From NCBI GenBank assembly GCA_021613535.1, contig CP075493.1, positions 3,286,001-3,350,000 on the forward strand: DNA of 64,000 nucleotides. The letters run 5' to 3'. The stretch comes from Adineta vaga. Lineage: Eukaryota > Animalia > Rotifera. The notes beneath the pieces are model-generated. The model was not told the DNA's origin. It was given only the letters and a program-made list of their open reading frames with translations, and did not search any database. This document shows positions 57,717-64,000 of this stretch, piece after piece. How positions within the stretch are numbered: the first letter of the stretch is position 1; each line of letters opens with the position of its first letter. A program made the position numbers and the translations under genes.

Positions 57717-58682
57717 TGTCTTTGCATGAATATTGATTAATATACTAATGATGTAGTTTTCTTTTCGTTTTTCGAGTTTTTCTTTTGGCGTTTTCATGGT
57801 CAACCTATTTAATAAAAAAATCACTTTTATCATCGAATATGTTTGCCTTGTACGATACACTGATATAATATGGCCTTGATTAACGAGGTAAAACTAATGA
57901 CCTTGAGAAAATTAGTGAGAAACTTTTAAGTTATTCGATTGCCAAATAATATTACACATAATTGTCTAACGAATGAAAATATATGAAAAAAAGCGATATA
58001 CTTGATCACCTGTTCAAGGTTTCGATATAATTGAAATCACTCGAAGAAAATATTTACAAGAAATAACGATTCAAAATCATGTTTTTCTGTTCATTCATCT
58101 TATCTCTATTTGTATTTACAGAAATTTATAATGAACTATTCTTTAATTCGATGAAAGATAAATGATTACTCAGTTATCTAGTACTATGCTCTATTAAAAG
58201 CTCGATATCATTATACGTATCTTTTTCTATTTATGACATGCAATTGTAATTTGCGATTATCCACCACATGCAGGTAGATACGATTTTTCTCTCCCACTCT
58301 CTCTCTCTCACTCTCTGCTGTTTTCTGATTTGATATTAATGATGTTTACCTGTCTATTTCGCAAGGTAACGACAGCGGCCGCAAGCCACAATCATTGTGT
58401 TTTTGTGATGTGAGTTATAATTGAAGGTTTATGACTGGATATATGTATTACGTCTTTTCGGGCTCATCATCATGTTTTTTTAAAGCAACCACATATATCT
58501 CTCTCTGTTTTCAGCCTTGTCTTTTAGTTATCTGCTCATTGTTTCGAGAACGAAAAAACGACCATGAGAGACAACTACAGAAGTCGTTCGAGCGAAAATA
58601 AATTGTTACCATTTTCTCTCTCTCTCTCTCTCTCTTGTTTCTACCCACTATTTTATCTTTGTCCATGCGTGATCGACTGAGC

Positions 58683-58691
58683 CTATATAAA
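58683..58691 (+). promoter_or_regulatory. TATA box (CTATATAAA) about 85 bp upstream of the 58772 ATG
   Basis: Consensus TATA in GC-containing flanks at a plausible distance from a pyrimidine-rich initiator region (TTCAGTT near 58715). Confidence 0.55.
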
Positions 58692-58771
58692 CGGTGATCC
58701 ACTAGCAGATTTTCTTCAGTTCTTGTTTTGACAAGTAAGTACTGTATTCACTTTGACAAATATCAGTCAAT

Positions 58772-60667
58772 ATGGCTAGTTATTCTCAACAATCCTCATC
58801 TTATTCATCCAACGGTAGTGGCTTTGGCGGAGCTGACGCTGCTTTCCAACAAGCTGATTCTAACCGTGATGGTCGTCTTGATATCAATGAGTTCCGTAAC
58901 TTCCTTGGTAACCATTTTCTTTCTTATTCATACTTTCATATTTGCAAATACTTCTCTTGTTATTTTAAGGACAAAGTGTAGGTGCTGGTGCTGGTGCTGG
59001 ATACAGTTCTGGTTCATCACTCGAAACAGCTTCATACGGTGCCGGTGCCGGTGCCGGTGCTGGCTTTGGCGCTAGCGGTTCAAGCTATGAATCATCTTCA
59101 TTCGGAGCATCAAGCAACGGTTTCGGTGCTGGTGCTGCTGGTTATGATGCCTCATTTGCTGCTGGTGGATTTGGTGGCGGTAGCTCAAGTGGCTATGAAT
59201 CATCATCATTCTCAAGTGGTGGATATGGTGCTAATGCTGGAGTTGCAGCTGGTGTTCAATCTTACGAATCATCATCATCAAATACTCAAGTACAACAATA
59301 TGCAACTGATGCTCAAGGTCTCTTCAGGGATCCAAATCCACAAATCATTCGTCGTCCAGCTGTTGGTGGTGTACAAACATATACACAAAATATCAAAGTT
59401 CGCTTCCTTCAGCCGCCACCAATCCCACCACCAGGCGTAAGTAATCTCTAGTAATTCGTATGATCAGTAATCGAAAAAAATTTATTAATTTTCGCTTCTT
59501 GTAGCCACTCATCATCAAAGAAGTTCGTCCACCTCAACCACCTCCACCACCACCTCTTCGTATTCGTCAACAAGCTCCACCTCTTCCTCAACCACCTCCA
59601 CTCGTTCTTCGTGAAAGACCACCACAACCACCAGCATCCCTCGCTGCTCAAACAGTTATCCGTCGTTTAGGTGCTTTACCAGTTCCTCCACGATCAGTCA
59701 TCATCGAACGTCTTCCACCCCTTCCACCACGACCACGTACGTAGTTTTTTTTCTCTCCACAATCTCATTCTCCTAATATTGATAATTTATTCCAGGTGAT
59801 ATCATTATTGAACGTTGGGTTCCATATGGAGCTCAATCTAAACGAAAAACAATTGTTCAACGTGCTGCTGCTGCTCAACAATATGCTCGTCCACGCAATG
59901 TTATCATACAATATGAAGCAGCACAAGTTCGTATTGTTCGCCAATTCCAACGTCTTGGTGTAACTCAAGCTAATCCACAAGCTTATGTTCAACAATATGG
60001 TGCTCAACTTCTTGATGCTGCAACACTCCTTCAACAAGCTCGTGCTGCTGGTGTTGTTGAAGATATCGTATGTTGATAATCTTAGTATAGAATATCTATT
60101 ATTAATTAACAACTTTTTTGCTATCTCTTTCCAGTCACCACCAGCTGGTGCAGCTGCTGTCGGTTTCAGCGCTAGTTCATATGGCCAAGAATCATCCTTC
60201 GGTGCTTCATCAGGATTCGAAGGTGCTGCTGGCTTGGCTGCTGGCGGTGCCGGTTATGGTGCATCATCATCGTCATTCGAATCAGCTAACTTCCAATCAG
60301 GTGGTGGTGCCGCTGGTTTTGATGCTGGATTCGCTGCTGGTGGTGCTGGTTATGGTGCATCATCATCTTCATTCGAATCATCCAACTTTGCATCTGGTGG
60401 TGGATATGGTGCTGCTGGTGGCTTCGGTGGAGCTGAATCTGCTTTTGCTACTGCTGATACCAATCGTGATGGAAGTATTGATCAAAACGAATTCCGTAAC
60501 TTTGTTGGTAAGTATACGATTCTCAAGAGATTATTCGGCAGTGCTTATGATTACGACAATACATTTCATCTCTTTTAGGTCAAAACATTGGTGGTGGCGG
60601 TGGTGCTGGATTTGGTGGTTCATCAGCATACGAATCATCATCATACAGCGCATCAGCATCCTACTAA
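58772..60667 (+). CDS. Putative abundant structural protein: EF-hand, Gly/Ser/Ala low complexity, Pro-rich core, Gly/Ser/Ala low complexity, EF-hand; 6 exons
   Basis: EF loops DSNRDGRLDINE and DTNRDGSIDQNE; core QNIKVRFLQPPPIPPPGPLIIKEVRPPQPPPPPPLRIRQ..DIIIERWVPYG..PRNVIIQYEA..VRQFQRLGV; biased codon use (TTC, AAC, ATC, GGT, GCT). Confidence 0.85.
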
Positions 60668-61194
60668 ACCTTCACATAGTCAAACAAAAACAAAATACCG
60701 CTAACTTGACTGCCACATAAGAAGAGTATTGATATATTTGGGAAAATCTAGTTTTTTCATTGTTCGTTATTTTTTATTCTCTAATATTTCTTTTATGTGA
60801 ACTATCATAGATTATTATATTATCTTTTTTTCATAATGCTTTGATTTTACCATGGAGTATAAGGCTATCATTTATTTTAAATAAAATAAACGTTCAGAAA
60901 ACAAATGTCTTTATTTATATCATTGAATAAAAATGCTTTGTAATCAAAGTACTTTTTCCTACTTGTTCCTAGGATGATTAAGAAACAAGAATACAGTCAT
61001 CTGCATATGATACTCGTAAATCAAACTAGGCACATCAAGTTACATAGACAATGCTTTGTTTTCCCGAATCTATGACATTGCAAAAGCAATAACAAATATG
61101 CAACACAGGTATTGACGTAAGAGATTATTATATTTTTGATAAATGCGGATATAAATAACACACGAAAAAAAAAAGATATTTATTCTTTGTCCTG

Positions 61195-61961
61195 TCATAC
61201 CTTTTCAGGTCCTGTTCTCACGATTGGACCCGTAGGTGTATCAATAATATGTGCAAGATTAACTCCAATCAAATCATAAATGTGGTAATCAAATCCTAAT
61301 AAACATTTCTTCTTCAAATCTCTCAATCGAAATTCTTCCAAAGGAATTTCTTTGTATGTTCGTCGTGATAACATTTGTACAAGTATACGGCGACTTTTTT
61401 CTAAACATGTGATCAATGATGATGGATTTGGTATTGAAAACCAATAGTCATCGATCTGTTTTGGTAATAGTAATCCTACTTGAACTAGTAATTGAATATC
61501 AGTTGAAGTGAACTGAAATTCATTTTCAAGAAGAGTTTTATCAACGATAATCGAATACATTTAGGTAATAGATCTTGAATGAAGCGTTGTTTGAGACGTG
61601 ATTTTTCTATGGATGATGATGATAAAGCATGTTCCGTTAATTGTCGTTCGATGAGTAGTTGATATTCATTTGTAAACATAATCATAACACCAAAATCGGA
61701 ATGAAATAAACGTATTTGATTGTGATTAAACATATATTGTAATTCTTGATCGATTAATGTACGATTATTGGATTTGTATGCATACAATTGATGTTTGAAT
61801 AGAATGGGTGGCAAATGAAGATAATTGATAAAAGCATTTTTCGAAGCATCGAGAAAAAATGTGAGAGTTTCCGTTGTTAATGAAGGAAGATTTTGAAGAG
61901 AATTAGTTTTTGTTTTTAAACGTTTTGATGATGGAGTTAATGAAGAGTATGAACGTTTCAT
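61195..61961 (-). pseudogene. STK19: STK19 (WHR1) homologue with a single-base frameshift near 61545 (pseudogene, null allele or assembly error)
   Basis: LPPILFKHQLY..NRTLIDQEL..IRLF in one frame; DIQLLVQVGLL..YWFSIPN..LSRRTYKE..LGFDYHIYDLIG..DTPTGPIVR in the overlapping frame. Confidence 0.75.
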
Positions 61962-63047
61962 TTGTATCTGTAAAGAAAAGAAACGTTATAGTCTATGTCT
62001 CATAGATTAAACTGAATTATCATGACCATTCACTGATCATTGAGAATGTAGTAAAATTGATGTTACACAACAGTACATTATATTCTATATGCACGTCAAA
62101 AAAGACGAATATCAGTTATTTGTTGATGCTCCGATCGAACAAGACTTCGCATCAACAGATGGCAGGATAAATTGAACGAACAGATAAAGAAACATATGAG
62201 ACGTGAGAAATTTTTAGATAAAATGATCCGTATATTAGTGAACCAGTGTATTTTGAGCGAAATTTAGAGTCAATTGTTTCATGAGTTGAAAAGTAACTTG
62301 GTGCAATACAAACTGTCAACTTGAATCGTTGTCTTATTTGATATAACGAGAAATTAGTAGAATATCAGAAAGCAATTTTTCTGTTCTATTGTTAATAACA
62401 CATCGTATTACAAAGATCAAACAATTATCATGATCTATGCGAGGAAAAGTTATAATATACATCGTACAACCTTAGGACATCTGAACGAACATCTCTATTT
62501 TGAGCATGTTTAAAAGTAGAATATATTTTATCACGCATACTCTCTTTTTGATCGACTGGAAGGGGAGTAATGTATCATGAAATTTTACATTCACCTTGAG
62601 ATAATAAATAATTGTTAGAGTACGTTGTTTGCTCTTGCTAAGAAGTCTTTGTCGTATACAAATGGTGAGACATCTATCGAATAGTATGGTTAAATTGCGA
62701 ACCAAACAATACCGAGACAATATTATTATTTAGCAAAAAGGAGAAGAAGGAATCAATCATGTACACGTACGCACTCCAGCTTTTGTTCTGCTATTGATGT
62801 CATTTGATCAACACATTCTAGCATTTCTATAAAATATAGATTTGTTTGTCACGTTATTAATATTTGACACTACACGACAATTGATTACCAACTTCCTCTT
62901 AAGTTAATATTTATTTATTTGACATTTTTAGATATATTACCTCTTTGGTTTTTATTCTTATTCACAAGTTAAAGAATGATTAAGCATAGACAGACAATCA
63001 TTATTAAGACAATTTAATTGTAGAATTAGAATAAATAATCTTTTAAA

Positions 63048-64000
63048 ATGGGCACACCAAAACCTTCATTGATTTTTGAAGGAATTCAGATAGTTACTCT
63101 ATGTTTAGTATGGTATGGTAAGTAAAACAATAAATTTCATCTCACTAAATGATCATAAATGAATAAACATAGGTGTGTCAGCAATAGGCAATGTTATTGT
63201 TAAAGAATTATTAAATGAATTTCCATTTCCATTGACTATTACGCTTGCTCAACTTTTCAGTGTCTGGATTTTAAGTATACCTCTTCTTCAGTATGTTAAT
63301 CGATATACATACATTTTCAATTTAGTTCTCTCTTTTTATTAAATTCTTCTCTAGTGTTTTAAAAGTTCCAGCACCCGATTATCTCTATCAAAATCGAATT
63401 TATTATTTAAAAGTGATTATTCCATTAGCTGTAGGCAAATTTCTAGCACAATTATCATCCCATGTCAGTCTTTGGAAAGTACCTGTTTCATATGCTCATA
63501 CAGTCAAAGCAACAATGCCGTTATTTACGGTGTAAGTTATTCATCTGATCTATAAGATTTCATAGTAATCAACAATCGTATTGTTTTAGAATTCTATCTC
63601 GTATAATCTTACGTGAAAAACAATCATTATCAGTTTACTTCTCACTTATCCCGATTATTGTTGGTGTTATTATTGCAACAGTCAGTGAAATATCTTTCAA
63701 TATGGTCGGTCTTATTAGTGCACTACTTTCAACATTTGGTTTTTCATTACAAAATATTTATTCGAAAAAAGTAAGTCTGACTTCTTTTTTTTTCAAAAGA
63801 ATTCAAATTTTCTCTTTGCCATAGTCTTTAAAAGATATTTCAATTCATCATTATGCATTACTCGCTCTATTAGCTAAATTATCCTGGTGTCTATTTGTAC
63901 CATTCTGGTTTTTCTACGATGGTATTGATATATTTTATGAAACGAAATACGTGAGTAGGTGACCTGTATAGAATTCATTGAGAAAAAGAAACCTTGCAGG
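63048..64000 (+). CDS. SLC35E1: Solute carrier family 35 member E1-like (triose-phosphate/nucleotide-sugar transporter family), 3'-truncated by the window edge
   Basis: [69 protein letters not shown]. Confidence 0.88.

Noticed and set aside
58982-60720. ORFs 58982-59440 and 60118-60720 (His/Val/Leu-rich)
   Set aside because: Off-frame shadows of the GGT/GCT/TCA-rich exons of the 58772-60667 gene.

Overview
AT-rich, gene-dense eukaryotic (metazoan) genomic DNA with many short GT-AG introns (mostly about 45-70 nt). Composition, intron size and gene content suggest a bdelloid rotifer (Adineta/Rotaria-like); this is inference, not established from the sequence. About 24 protein-coding genes were reconstructed by hand: TPPP/p25 (3' part), a Fos/ATF3-like bZIP, AHSA1, an intronless 272-aa protein with 21-aa tandem repeats, a two-RRM protein, FMNL formin, RasGRF, a small EF-hand protein, a PLB1-like SGNH lipase, NEDD4, two tandem TSPO paralogues, a peptide GPCR, PRRC1, a divergent WASP, an uncharacterised protein, EIF2B1, a Myb/SANT-like protein, ETHE1, MGAT2, an F-box/LRR protein, an EF-hand/Gly-Ser/Pro-rich putative structural protein, a frameshifted STK19, and SLC35E1-like (5' part). 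No rRNA, tRNA, CRISPR array or recognisable transposon was seen. The most notable items are the 21-aa-repeat orphan (5807-6625), the protein with one EF-hand at each end (58772-60667), the 1-nt frameshift in STK19, a stopless in-frame intron splitting the NEDD4 catalytic Cys codon, candidate 24-nt cassette microexons in MGAT2 and FMNL, and TSPO paralogues only 95 bp apart. Exon boundaries were read manually and may be off by a few bases.
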